In this document: piece after piece, positions 43,077 through 52,434 of the stretch | How positions within the stretch are numbered: the first letter of the stretch is position 1 | Layout of the letters: every line of letters starts with the position of its first letter | From: a virus | Virus record (IMG/VR): IMGVR_UViG_3300024346_000012 | DNA: 64,000 nucleotides | Reading direction: 5' to 3' (one strand) | The notes under the pieces: model-generated | Databases searched by the model: none | The model's input: the letters and a program-made list of their open reading frames with translations, nothing else | What the model was told of the DNA's origin: nothing | Made by a program: the position numbers and the translations under genes

Positions 43077-44798
43077 TTAATTACCTTTAATTTTACTAAA
43101 ATTCTTTTCTTTGTAGACTTCGATCTTATTATCAAATCTACTGTCTAACATTTCACCCTTATGGGATATCACAAAGACATTGGTATCATCACCAAGTGTC
43201 TGAATAATTTTCATTAGGTTATCTACTCCTTCATAGTCAAGGGACGAGTCGAATGTCTCATCCAGCATCAACAAGTTAGTTGATACGCTGTTTTTCATTT
43301 TAGCTATTTGGCGCCAAGTAAATAGTAAGGCCAAATCAATACGCTGCTTTTCACCTTCAGAAAAGGAATCATAAGAGAAATTATCTCTATGACGTGATCT
43401 AATTGTCTCGGAAAATGCTTCGTCTAAATAGAATGAAACGAAGAAGTCAAGCACCTGCAAGTACTTGTTTACGAGGTTATTTATAACAGGCAGATACTGC
43501 TTTATGATTTTTGTTTTGATGCCAGTATCTTTTAGCATCTCTAGTATAACAGTATTATAACTCAAACTTTCATTAATGTACAATCTTTTTTCAAACAAAT
43601 CATCTTTTAATTTTTTAAGAGATTCTAAGTCGCTGCGAGATTTACTTAGATCTCCGCTAGATCCACGTATTTGTTCAATAGAACTGCTAATAGTTGTAAT
43701 CTGTTCCTGTAGACGCCCTATCGATTTGTTATTAGAAGTAATAGTAGAAGTTTTATCTCTGATTTGGTTTGCAGTATCAGTAAGTTTCTCAATGTTTGAC
43801 TCTACTGTAACTGATCTCTCGTTAACATCTTGCACAGCATTATTCAGTACAGAGGCTTTCTCTTTAGCGGTTGCTAACTTTACGGCTTTAACTTCTTGAT
43901 CTATGTCTTGAGTACATGTGGGACACGTGTCATTCTCTTCATAAAACTTTGTTTCTTTGACTAATGTTTTAATCTTTTGGCTGAACTCGGCTTGGTAGTG
44001 TAACAAACTTTGCCTTTTATCATGATTTTCTTTAAGACTTTCTTGCAGGCCAACAGACCTTTCCTCGATCTCAGCTGATAATGAAACATTTTCACGTTGA
44101 AAGGAATTAATTTCTTCCTGTGCATCGCTGATGTTTGATTCTTTTTGATTGATTTGCTCAACTGATAAAGCCTCTACTTCTTTGATATACCGGTTTTGAA
44201 GATCGATCTTTTCTTTATTGAGATCTGCATCATAGTCAATAACTTTAAGATCATCTTTTAGTACACTATTTTTTTCTTTAAGTATTTGGTTCATTTTTGA
44301 AAAGACATTAATGTCCAGAAGATCCTCAATAACATCACGCCTATGCTGTGCAGGGAGCTGCATGAAAGGAATGAAGGAGGAAGATCCAAGCACAACAATT
44401 TGGTGAAACGACTTATGATTCAACTTAATGATGTTTTGTTCGAGGATCTTCTGGTACTCTTTGGCATGAGATGACTGGTTAATCATCGTGCCGTCTTTCC
44501 ATATTTCAAACTTATTTGGTTTAATACCGCGTACAACTTTGTAGGCCGAGCCTGATACGGCAAACTCAATAGCTACTACGCAATCTTTATTATTAATTGT
44601 ATTAACTAATTGAGGTTTACTAATATTTCGGTGCGCTTTACCGAATAATGCAAACGATAACGCGTCTAACATTGTAGATTTACCAGAACCATTATCTCCA
44701 ACTATTAAGTTAGATTTATGCTTGGTAAAGTTAATACTGCTATATGAATTTCCAGTTGATAGGAAATTTTTCCACTTTAGGTTTTCAAATATAATCAT
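43077..44798 (-). CDS. 46: Recombination endonuclease ATPase subunit (Rad50-like)
   Basis: GDNGSGKST, CPTC zinc hook, FSEGEK, LDETFDSSLD and ISHK motifs. Confidence 0.95.
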   Translation of the reverse strand: MIIFENLKWKNFLSTGNSYSSINFTKHKSNLIVGDNGSGKSTMLDALSFALFGKAHRNISKPQLVNTINNKDCVVAIEFAVSGSAYKVVRGIKPNKFEIWKDGTMINQSSHAKEYQKILEQNIIKLNHKSFHQIVVLGSSSFIPFMQLPAQHRRDVIEDLLDINVFSKMNQILKEKNSVLKDDLKVIDYDADLNKEKIDLQNRYIKEVEALSVEQINQKESNISDAQEEINSFQRENVSLSAEIEERSVGLQESLKENHDKRQSLLHYQAEFSQKIKTLVKETKFYEENDTCPTCTQDIDQEVKAVKLATAKEKASVLNNAVQDVNERSVTVESNIEKLTDTANQIRDKTSTITSNNKSIGRLQEQITTISSSIEQIRGSSGDLSKSRSDLESLKKLKDDLFEKRLYINESLSYNTVILEMLKDTGIKTKIIKQYLPVINNLVNKYLQVLDFFVSFYLDEAFSETIRSRHRDNFSYDSFSEGEKQRIDLALLFTWRQIAKMKNSVSTNLLMLDETFDSSLDYEGVDNLMKIIQTLGDDTNVFVISHKGEMLDSRFDNKIEVYKEKNFSKIKGN

Positions 44799-45856
44799 GC
44801 TATTTCTAAGGTTTGTGCCTCAATCATAAGATCATGCATTTCTTTTTTAATGCGATCTTTATCCAACTCAGTCTCTACATTATCAACGTAAGAATTAAGC
44901 AACGTACTCGTATCATCCATCGAGATATTATCATCCTCGACATTTTGACCTATGAACTCTGAAAAATTCTCTTGTATTTTTAGTTCGTGTATATTCTTAT
45001 TCTGTATTCTATCAACAAATCGGTCAAATGTAAACAGATCATTTTTATTTATTACAACTATTTTAACAAATTTATTATCGAGTGTGCTAGTATCATAATC
45101 GCCATAATTAGTGCTTCTGTCATCATAGATAATTTTATGATACAGTACATGAGGATTTTGTATAGCTTCCAGCTGCCTATTTTCTGTATTAAGTATGTGA
45201 AAGTATTTTTTATCGTGCGCATCATTCCAGAAAAACTCCATTTGAGAACCGAGATAGGTAATATTATTCTGAGAAGACTTAGTATGAAAATGTCCTGAAA
45301 GTACCGATTCAAACCTTTTAAAAATTTCAGGATCTAAACCATGCTCGTTCTTAATACCTTTTGCCATATCATATCCTGATATTTCAAAGTGACCTCCTAA
45401 CCAATCGCACTTAGCATTGGCTATAAAGTCTAAAGAATCTTTCTCATTCGTGTTAGAGATCCACGGAACTAATCCTAACTTAAACCCATCATAATCCATA
45501 ACTCGAGGCTCATGAATAATATTCACTTCATTCATGTAATGACCCAATAGCTCTTTTAAACTGTTTAAATCATTTGTATTTTTATAGTAAGTGTCATGAT
45601 TACCACAGATAATATCCATAGTAATACCATTGTCTCTTAACGGTTTAAGAAAGTGATGGCGGTTACGGTTAAGAGCACGGAAGTTGATAAACTTCCGGTT
45701 ATCGTAGTAATCACCAAGATGCACAATATGCTTAATATTATGTTCCAAAAGATAAGGAAAGAATACATCGCTATAAAATTTCTCTGCATTATCGAGAAAT
45801 ACGTCAGAGCTATTGCGGATACCACAATGAGTGTCATTAATTATGGCTATCTTCAT
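44795..45856 (-). CDS. 47: Recombination endonuclease subunit (Mre11-like)
   Basis: DTH, HLGD, GNHD and SGHFH motifs. Confidence 0.95.
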   Translation of the reverse strand: MKIAIINDTHCGIRNSSDVFLDNAEKFYSDVFFPYLLEHNIKHIVHLGDYYDNRKFINFRALNRNRHHFLKPLRDNGITMDIICGNHDTYYKNTNDLNSLKELLGHYMNEVNIIHEPRVMDYDGFKLGLVPWISNTNEKDSLDFIANAKCDWLGGHFEISGYDMAKGIKNEHGLDPEIFKRFESVLSGHFHTKSSQNNITYLGSQMEFFWNDAHDKKYFHILNTENRQLEAIQNPHVLYHKIIYDDRSTNYGDYDTSTLDNKFVKIVVINKNDLFTFDRFVDRIQNKNIHELKIQENFSEFIGQNVEDDNISMDDTSTLLNSYVDNVETELDKDRIKKEMHDLMIEAQTLEIA

Positions 45857-46589
45857 CTAGTATAGACCTTTTCGGTGACCAACCAAGCCGATACAAGTAG
45901 TCAACATTTGCCTGCGTTTTAATTCTTTCACCTTTAGGATTTTCATCTCTAATTTCTCCTTCATAATTAAATATATTTTGAGCCATGTCTAAAACTCTAA
46001 ATGCTTTTCCTGTACCAATATCTAAAACTGTTTCGTCTATCATAGACCAGTTAATAGATATCGTCCATATAGCAGCACATAAATCGTCAATGTGAATCCA
46101 GTCTCTATAATGCTGAGAGTTTATATAAGTTACTTCTTTCTTTTCTAGCTTTTTGTATAGCATATCATCTCGACCAGGCCACACGGTATGAAACCTCATA
46201 CCCTTTGCGTTACTTGACTTAGTAGCTAGTAGCTCACACATTTTTTTAGTAGCAGCATATGGATTACCCCACCACTCATATGCGTTAGAAGATGAAGCAT
46301 ATAAAACCTTTTTACAGAATAAATCTCCAAACTTTAAAGCGTTTTCTGTACCTACAACATTATTCTCATAGTAGAATTCAGGTTCCTCGAACGAACGCCG
46401 TACGCCAGGAATAGCAGCAAGATGAATTAACATATCCCATTTATCACCGGTATATTTATTATATTTGTGCCATTCACTCCATTGTACTATATCTCCATCG
46501 AAATGTACAACAGTATTTCCTTTATTTTCTAAGAATTTAGATAGATTAGATCCTACACAACCTTCCCAACCAGTTAACAATATTTTCAT
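45837..46589 (-). CDS. NAD-dependent epimerase/dehydratase (extended SDR)
   Basis: TGWEGCVG, HLAA, YASSS and YAATK motifs. Confidence 0.88.
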   Translation of the reverse strand: MKILLTGWEGCVGSNLSKFLENKGNTVVHFDGDIVQWSEWHKYNKYTGDKWDMLIHLAAIPGVRRSFEEPEFYYENNVVGTENALKFGDLFCKKVLYASSSNAYEWWGNPYAATKKMCELLATKSSNAKGMRFHTVWPGRDDMLYKKLEKKEVTYINSQHYRDWIHIDDLCAAIWTISINWSMIDETVLDIGTGKAFRVLDMAQNIFNYEGEIRDENPKGERIKTQANVDYLYRLGWSPKRSILDEDSHN

Positions 46590-46594
46590 ACTAA

Positions 46595-47191
46595 TTAGTT
46601 TCCCATAAATTTAGTAAGGTCTGAATCTACCATCACTTCTCTTTTCTTTCGAACTACTTTTTCTTTCTTAATAAATTTTTTAATCTTAGTATCTTTTTCT
46701 TTTATCTTATCCATTCGATCTTTTAGTTGATCTAGAAAAGTATTCAGTACGGCTGTAGAACCAACATCTTCATTTCCTCCATGTACATATTGATCGATAC
46801 CAGACTGAGCAAGATAACGCATTTTTAATTCTTGTTGCTTTTTTTCTTTTTCGATTCTTCGAAGAAAGGCATACCAACTAATCTGAGTAAAATAAGCAAA
46901 AGCGTTTGGCTTGCCAGTTCGAGTAGCTGCATCAACATTATAGTTGTTAATAGCTTTTAGACAGTTTTCTACAGCATCCATAACCATTTCTTCACGATAT
47001 GTATATCGAATAAAATTAGATTTATGCGACAAACCTTCAGCTATTTTTAGAAAGCATTGAGCTATATAATCTGGAACAAGAGGAAGCTCTAACTCCTTTG
47101 ATTTTGATTCGCTTAGTTCTCTACAATAATCAACTACAGCTTGAGAAAACTCAGCGTTATTTACGTAGTGAATGCTTTTCTTTTTTGCCAT
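46595..47191 (-). CDS. 55: Late-transcription sigma factor
   Basis: HYVNN, CFLKIAEGLS, YTYREEMVMDAVENC and NAFAYFTQI motifs. Confidence 0.95.
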   Translation of the reverse strand: MAKKKSIHYVNNAEFSQAVVDYCRELSESKSKELELPLVPDYIAQCFLKIAEGLSHKSNFIRYTYREEMVMDAVENCLKAINNYNVDAATRTGKPNAFAYFTQISWYAFLRRIEKEKKQQELKMRYLAQSGIDQYVHGGNEDVGSTAVLNTFLDQLKDRMDKIKEKDTKIKKFIKKEKVVRKKREVMVDSDLTKFMGN

Positions 47192-47217
47192 AACAAAATC
47201 CTTCATGTAATGTTTAT

Positions 47218-47246
47218 ATTCTACTGCATTTTTCGTAGTATGTAAA
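47218..47246 (-). promoter_or_regulatory. Promoter TTTACA-N17-TAGAAT for gp55
   Basis: Promoter family match with an A-tract UP element upstream. Confidence 0.7.
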
Positions 47247-47281
47247 TAGCATATTTTTTTTTATTTTTATGCGTTTTATGG

Positions 47282-47309
47282 TGTACAAACCCGCCCAGGT
47301 GTGTATAAT
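47282..47309 (+). promoter_or_regulatory. Divergent plus-strand promoter TGTACA-N16-TATAAT with no downstream gene
   Basis: Promoter family match back-to-back with the gp55 promoter. Confidence 0.5.
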
Positions 47310-47340
47310 AAATTAAGAGCTTTTTGGTGGGAGTAGTATA

Positions 47341-47787
47341 CTAATGTAATTTATCTGGTTTTGGAAATGAAAGCACGTTATTGGTTAATTCATCTAACTC
47401 ATCTTCGCCGATGTCATCTTCTCCTTGACCACTTAATAAAGCTTTTATCTTTAAAGCTACTTCTTCGTGAGTAAGATTTTCGTCTTCAAGACCTTCGTTT
47501 CCTAAAACGGCCTCTTTATAATACCCTAACATTTTGATGGAAGGGTTAGCTTCTGCTATTATACTAAAACCATTAAGTGATATAATTCCATCTGTATCAT
47601 CTACCATAGTTAACCATGGCTTAAGAGTATAGTACCTATAACCTCTCATGTCGTCATCATGAGCTACAATTAAGAGAGACTTTCTTACAATAATATCTGA
47701 AGCGCCCATTTCTTCATCTGGCCATTCAACTACTTCGCAAACTATCTCTTCACCGGTACTAAGTTTAAATTGCTTAATGTCATACAT
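47341..47787 (-). CDS. Conserved hypothetical (Sm-like) protein downstream of uvsW
   Basis: FKLSTGEEIVC and LKPW motifs; acidic tail ending NVLSFPKPDKLH. Confidence 0.65.
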   Translation of the reverse strand: MYDIKQFKLSTGEEIVCEVVEWPDEEMGASDIIVRKSLLIVAHDDDMRGYRYYTLKPWLTMVDDTDGIISLNGFSIIAEANPSIKMLGYYKEAVLGNEGLEDENLTHEEVALKIKALLSGQGEDDIGEDELDELTNNVLSFPKPDKLH

Positions 47788-49276
47788 TGATGTCTACCTT
47801 AATTATTTTATAGTTAAACTCTTCTTTTTCGTAAATCTTTACTCTCTCTGCTCCATGCATTAGAGTGTAGTTTTTCCTTCCTCTCCAGTGCAAATCATCT
47901 GTGATATCATATAGGGTTGTTTTTCTTCCATCGTCTGAGACTCTAAGACCACGGCCAATACTCTGCAGAACTTTGATTTGGGACTTGCTTGGTGAAGCGA
48001 ATATGATATTATGCAGATTGCGAATGTTAATACCAGTGCTGAATGTTCCCAAGGAGGCGACGATGATTGCATCTTTCTGTTTCTCTACTATTTTTCTTAT
48101 AGATTCTCGGTCCGCAGTATCAACTTCTCCTGAAACAAAAAACACCTTTCTATCCTCGCTTACTTTATTATTTATCATCTCATAGAGTGGCTTTCCATGA
48201 GCATCCACACGTAAAAATAAGACAAGAGTATTTCCCTTAGAGCTAACAGCCAAATTACGAATAAGGCGATTCCTAGCGTCATTTCTAATAATAAAGTCAA
48301 TCTCATCTTGATAGGTTTGTTTTCCAAAGTTTTTCCTTATTTCTTCTGAGTAGTTTAGCAATAACACATTAATATCAAGAGGAGCTAAAGTTTCATTATC
48401 TTGTAAAGCCTTGGTAGTCGTAACTTGATATACTGGCCCAAACAATCCTTCAAGGACAAGCTTATGTGTTTGTGTACCATCTAAAGTTCCCGTTGTACCA
48501 AACCGGTATTTTGCTTCAGTGGCTTTATTCATAATCGATGATAGCGACTTTGATTTAAATCCGTGACACTCATCACCTATAACCATACCAAACTGTTCAA
48601 ACCATTTCTTAGGGTATTTATATATGCTTTGCCATGTAGATATTATAACTGCTTTATCTGTAACTTTGTCTTTACCCGAATAAATACGATGCATCATTTC
48701 TTTAGTACCTCCATAATCAATGAAGTCTTGATGCATCTGTTCAACTAAAGATGTAGTTGGAACAATGATAAGCACTCTTCCACCTCTGGGGTCGTTAAAC
48801 CCGTTTGATAAATAGTGCAACCAGTACTTAACTAACAAATAAATTATAAATGATTTACCACTACCAGTTGGAGATAATAATATTGCTCGAGTTCTTTTTA
48901 GGGCTGTTTCAAGCGCATCGTATTGATAATCTCGAGGTTGAAATGGAAGTGTTGCGTCAGCTAGTAGATCAGGTAGTTGTTGAAGAGGTTGTGGATCATA
49001 ATGAGGAAAACCATAAGAAGATTCTTCAGTGTCAACAGCATATGATCTCTGAGATGCAAACTCTAACAAATACGCATATAGCCCAGCATTTAGCTCACCG
49101 TTCATGCGATTAAATAACCTAATTTTACCGTCCCATATCTTGTTTTTATAGGCAGGCATAAATTTATAGCCTGGTACAAAAAATGAAAAGTAGTCGGATA
49201 ATTCTGCGGCATGCCCTGCTTCGCAATCAACATACAGCATGCTATAATCTTTTAATCTTACAGTAAAGTCAGCCAT
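47780..49276 (-). CDS. uvsW: SF2 DNA helicase UvsW
   Basis: PRDYQ, SPTGSGKS, GDECH and LQSIGRGLR motifs. Confidence 0.95.
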   Translation of the reverse strand: MADFTVRLKDYSMLYVDCEAGHAAELSDYFSFFVPGYKFMPAYKNKIWDGKIRLFNRMNGELNAGLYAYLLEFASQRSYAVDTEESSYGFPHYDPQPLQQLPDLLADATLPFQPRDYQYDALETALKRTRAILLSPTGSGKSFIIYLLVKYWLHYLSNGFNDPRGGRVLIIVPTTSLVEQMHQDFIDYGGTKEMMHRIYSGKDKVTDKAVIISTWQSIYKYPKKWFEQFGMVIGDECHGFKSKSLSSIMNKATEAKYRFGTTGTLDGTQTHKLVLEGLFGPVYQVTTTKALQDNETLAPLDINVLLLNYSEEIRKNFGKQTYQDEIDFIIRNDARNRLIRNLAVSSKGNTLVLFLRVDAHGKPLYEMINNKVSEDRKVFFVSGEVDTADRESIRKIVEKQKDAIIVASLGTFSTGINIRNLHNIIFASPSKSQIKVLQSIGRGLRVSDDGRKTTLYDITDDLHWRGRKNYTLMHGAERVKIYEKEEFNYKIIKVDINV

Positions 49277-49940
49277 TCTCTTTTAATTCTTTATATTTTT
49301 GTCTCACATCAATAAACTGTGATAGGTAGTCATGAGTTTTTATCTTAAACACCTGAGGAGCATCATGGTCAACCGCTACAAGGATTACACCTTGTTTTAT
49401 AGGAACCCCGGTTATCTCATAAAATGCTGCAGCATAGAACGATGCTTGTATAAAATAGTTAGTAATCCATTCTTTTTTCTTTGGTTTTCTAGCTGTCTTA
49501 AAGTCTACGATAGAAAGCTCGCCGTCGAATTCTGCAATACAGTCTACTTGGCCAGCACATTTAAGTTTATCACTATATAAAAACTCTTCTTGAAACCATA
49601 CGTTGTTTAATCTCGTATCAATAATGCTTTTGATATGACTAAACGTATATAGGTTGTTAGGCATCGCGCCCTTATCCCAATCACTAATGTTATCTATATA
49701 ATCCTCAGCAAGCTTGTGTACAGCAGTACCTCTTGTTGCTGCTTGATGAGATATTTTATTAGCCTCTTCTTCGCCTACTCTTTTACGCCATTTCATAATA
49801 CCGTCTTTACTTAGAATGCCAAGAACAGTTGTAATAGATGGATATGAATTACCTTCAGGTGTAAAATACTTACGACTCTTTTCAGTAGTTTTACGAGTCA
49901 CTTTCGGTAGTATTACCCCATGATCAAAGTGTGTAAACAT
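49269..49940 (-). CDS. PD-(D/E)xK exonuclease (RecB/Cas4-like fold)
   Basis: YPSITTVL, RGTAVH, AGQVDC, VDFKT and Q-x3-Y motifs. Confidence 0.85.
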   Translation of the reverse strand: MFTHFDHGVILPKVTRKTTEKSRKYFTPEGNSYPSITTVLGILSKDGIMKWRKRVGEEEANKISHQAATRGTAVHKLAEDYIDNISDWDKGAMPNNLYTFSHIKSIIDTRLNNVWFQEEFLYSDKLKCAGQVDCIAEFDGELSIVDFKTARKPKKKEWITNYFIQASFYAAAFYEITGVPIKQGVILVAVDHDAPQVFKIKTHDYLSQFIDVRQKYKELKENG

Positions 49941-50383
49941 TATGTGCCAGCCTCAAATTGTTTCCATCTTATAATATTACCTATAGTCTGATGCCTCCAA
50001 TTGAGATTAGTGATAATTTCTGTAAGAGTTTCAACTATAGTTTTCCAATACTGCACCTTTTCTTCGCTTTTTTGTATTTCTGGGTCACTGTCGTAATAGT
50101 AATCCATTTCACCTTTCATGATTTTTAAACCATCAAGTGGATCATAGTCCCAGCCCAACTGTCGTATTTGCTCTTCAGACATTTTACCGTTATACCAAAG
50201 CCATTTGTGCTTGAGCAAGGTTTTTTGTTTGAATTCTTCACGCTTCTTTGCAAGTTTAGCTTCTGCTAACCACTGTAGATATTTTGCGTGTAATTTTGGT
50301 GTATCTCGAGATGTCTCATCTAATTTATGATCATCTATTTTTGAGTCGACAGACCACTCATCTAATATAGCCTTTAAGTCCAT
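49940..50383 (-). CDS. uvsY: Recombination mediator UvsY
   Basis: PKLHAKY, WLWYNGK and IGNIIRWKQF motifs; synteny. Confidence 0.88.
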   Translation of the reverse strand: MDLKAILDEWSVDSKIDDHKLDETSRDTPKLHAKYLQWLAEAKLAKKREEFKQKTLLKHKWLWYNGKMSEEQIRQLGWDYDPLDGLKIMKGEMDYYYDSDPEIQKSEEKVQYWKTIVETLTEIITNLNWRHQTIGNIIRWKQFEAGT

Positions 50384-50409
50384 AGTATCTCCATAATATA
50401 TAGTGTTAT

Positions 50410-50958
50410 TTATCTTAGTTCAAAGTATGAGAATCTAAACGATGCAGGATAAGTAATGTACTGCTGAGCGCCTGAGGTAGCCTCAAGTGACATATCACCT
50501 AGACTTACTGGCATGCAATCAATATAACGTATTTGCCTCGTTGAATTATTGTGGGAGCTTAGAATATTTACCGTGATATCCGCATAAGCCGGCGGCTTGC
50601 CTTCTATTTTATCTGTTGGATTTGTAGTATTATTTTCCACAAGCCTATGCATCCAATTATACATCTCTGTATAAGAATTTAGATTTTCATCTACTAAAAT
50701 AATAGCTGTTAGCTCACTGAATGTAAGTTTGTCTCCAACAAATGGAACAGAACTAATCTTTCTAAATGGCTGTTCTACAGAATTCATATTTAAAGAAGGG
50801 TGTAAAATAGCTTGACAGAAGAATTGCAAATTCGCATAATGTTTTCTATCTATAACCATGCTAAATGCACTTGGCTGCAAGTAGTTAAGGCCGTTTAAAC
50901 CAGAACTACTTATATCGTTACTAACACTAACATCAACGTTAGGATTTAAGGTCGCCAT
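50410..50958 (-). CDS. 3: Tail tube terminator / completion protein
   Basis: NYLQPSAF, GDKLTF, VDENL-x2-Y-x-EMYNWM and FRFSYF motifs; synteny. Confidence 0.85.
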   Translation of the reverse strand: MATLNPNVDVSVSNDISSSGLNGLNYLQPSAFSMVIDRKHYANLQFFCQAILHPSLNMNSVEQPFRKISSVPFVGDKLTFSELTAIILVDENLNSYTEMYNWMHRLVENNTTNPTDKIEGKPPAYADITVNILSSHNNSTRQIRYIDCMPVSLGDMSLEATSGAQQYITYPASFRFSYFELR

Positions 50959-50981
50959 AACTATTCTCCATAACTTTATCC

Positions 50982-51015
50982 TATTTATACTACCACATTC
51001 TGAAGGTAATGTACA
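50982..51015 (-). promoter_or_regulatory. Overlapping TGTACA-N17-TAGTAT and late TATAAATA promoters
   Basis: Boxes at 51010-51015, 50987-50992 and 50982-50989. Confidence 0.65.
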
Positions 51016-51030
51016 CCTTTATTAAAACAT

Positions 51031-51057
51031 AAAAAAAGGGCGCCGAAGCGCCCTTAG
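51031..51057 (-). terminator. Intrinsic terminator after the major capsid gene
   Basis: AAGGGCGC-TTCG-GCGCCC-T7. Confidence 0.9.
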
Positions 51058-51081
51058 TTATTGGAGAGTTAAATCTCTCTC

Positions 51082-52416
51082 TTATGTAAGGATATTGTCT
51101 ACGCGGAAGATTCTGTAGTACTGGTTTGTACGTGCAGTCGCAAGACCATCAGAACCATCTACGTATGGGTTTGAAGCCATGCCGTAACGTGTTTTGAACC
51201 CGATGCGTGGCTGGAAGTCATTCTCACCAACGGCACGGACCATAGTCAACGGTACATATGGGCAATAGAATACACCAGCGTCATATGGGTTAGTACCCTT
51301 ATAGCCTACGTTGATATAATCAGTTGTTGCATATGGATCGATGTACACTCTCATGCGACCGTTCATAACACCAGCAAATGTGTTGCCTGTGTCATCTACG
51401 TTCAAGTTAGTTGAAAGCGCAGGTGAATAGTCCAACATGCCTGAAGCTGCAAGAGCAGAAGCAACATCTGAAGAACATACGATAAAGTTACCTTTACCTC
51501 TACGTGTTTCTTTTGCAATTACGTTTGCTTCACGATCAAGTTGTACACCAAGACCTTTGAACTTCTCAGCTGACCAACGACCATCTGCATCTGTTGACAA
51601 GTCAAAGATACCTTTAGTTGTTACGTTAGCTTGAAGTGCACCGACTTTAGCTTGTGAGTTAATTGTACGAACTACTTCGCGGTTGATTTCTGCAAGAATT
51701 TCTGTTGACAAGATATTCGCCAACTCTGATTCTGCGTCAAGACCATGAATTGCTTTCAAGTCTTGTGCAAGTTCCAGAGTATATTCTGCTTTCAACGCAC
51801 GTGATTTAGCAGTCACAGTGGATTTTTCAATACTGAAACCCATTTCTGCGAATGCGCCACCAGTGTTACCCAGTGCTTCAGCATCTGCTGTATCATAACC
51901 AGCACCAGTACGTGGACCTGCAACTACTGAAGCTTCGTCAGCAATTGAAGAATCTGTATCAGCATCAGTTACGCCGGCCAAGCCAGATGGCGAACCGTTT
52001 GCAACGACATCTGAGTCTCCTGAGTAACCAACTGCAGCTTCGTTAAACAGTGCTTCGTCATTAGCTAGAACACCTGATTTTATAGATTTATACTTCGATT
52101 TCATTGCGAAGATCAAGCCTGTTGGGCCTGACATTGGCTGAACACCGCAAATGTCATATGCCATCATGTTTGGCATTGCACGGCGTACAAGTGAAATCAG
52201 TACTGGATTCCAGTTATCAGCTGCACCTGTTGCGGCTGTACCTGCACCAGCAGCGTTAGCTGCGGTTTCTTGTAAACCTTGCTCACGCAAAGCTTTTTCA
52301 GTGTTTTCAAGAACAACGGCTGTTACATTGCGACGATGTTGGTCCTCGATTTTACCAGCTGTTTCTTCGTTAAGAACTGGAGCCCATTTCTCCACGATCC
52401 GATCATAAGTATCCAT
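51082..52416 (-). CDS. 23: Major capsid protein
   Basis: PVLISLVRR, GVQPMSGPTG, LKAEYTLELAQDLKAIHGLDAE and FQPRIGFKTRYG motifs. Confidence 0.98.
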   Translation of the reverse strand: MDTYDRIVEKWAPVLNEETAGKIEDQHRRNVTAVVLENTEKALREQGLQETAANAAGAGTAATGAADNWNPVLISLVRRAMPNMMAYDICGVQPMSGPTGLIFAMKSKYKSIKSGVLANDEALFNEAAVGYSGDSDVVANGSPSGLAGVTDADTDSSIADEASVVAGPRTGAGYDTADAEALGNTGGAFAEMGFSIEKSTVTAKSRALKAEYTLELAQDLKAIHGLDAESELANILSTEILAEINREVVRTINSQAKVGALQANVTTKGIFDLSTDADGRWSAEKFKGLGVQLDREANVIAKETRRGKGNFIVCSSDVASALAASGMLDYSPALSTNLNVDDTGNTFAGVMNGRMRVYIDPYATTDYINVGYKGTNPYDAGVFYCPYVPLTMVRAVGENDFQPRIGFKTRYGMASNPYVDGSDGLATARTNQYYRIFRVDNILT

Positions 52417-52434
52417 TTAGGATCTCCTTTTTTA

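Noticed and set aside
49269-49940. CRISPR-associated Cas4 or CRISPR array
   Set aside because: The nuclease lacks the Fe-S Cys set and sits between uvsY and uvsW in the recombination module; no regularly spaced repeats were seen in the window
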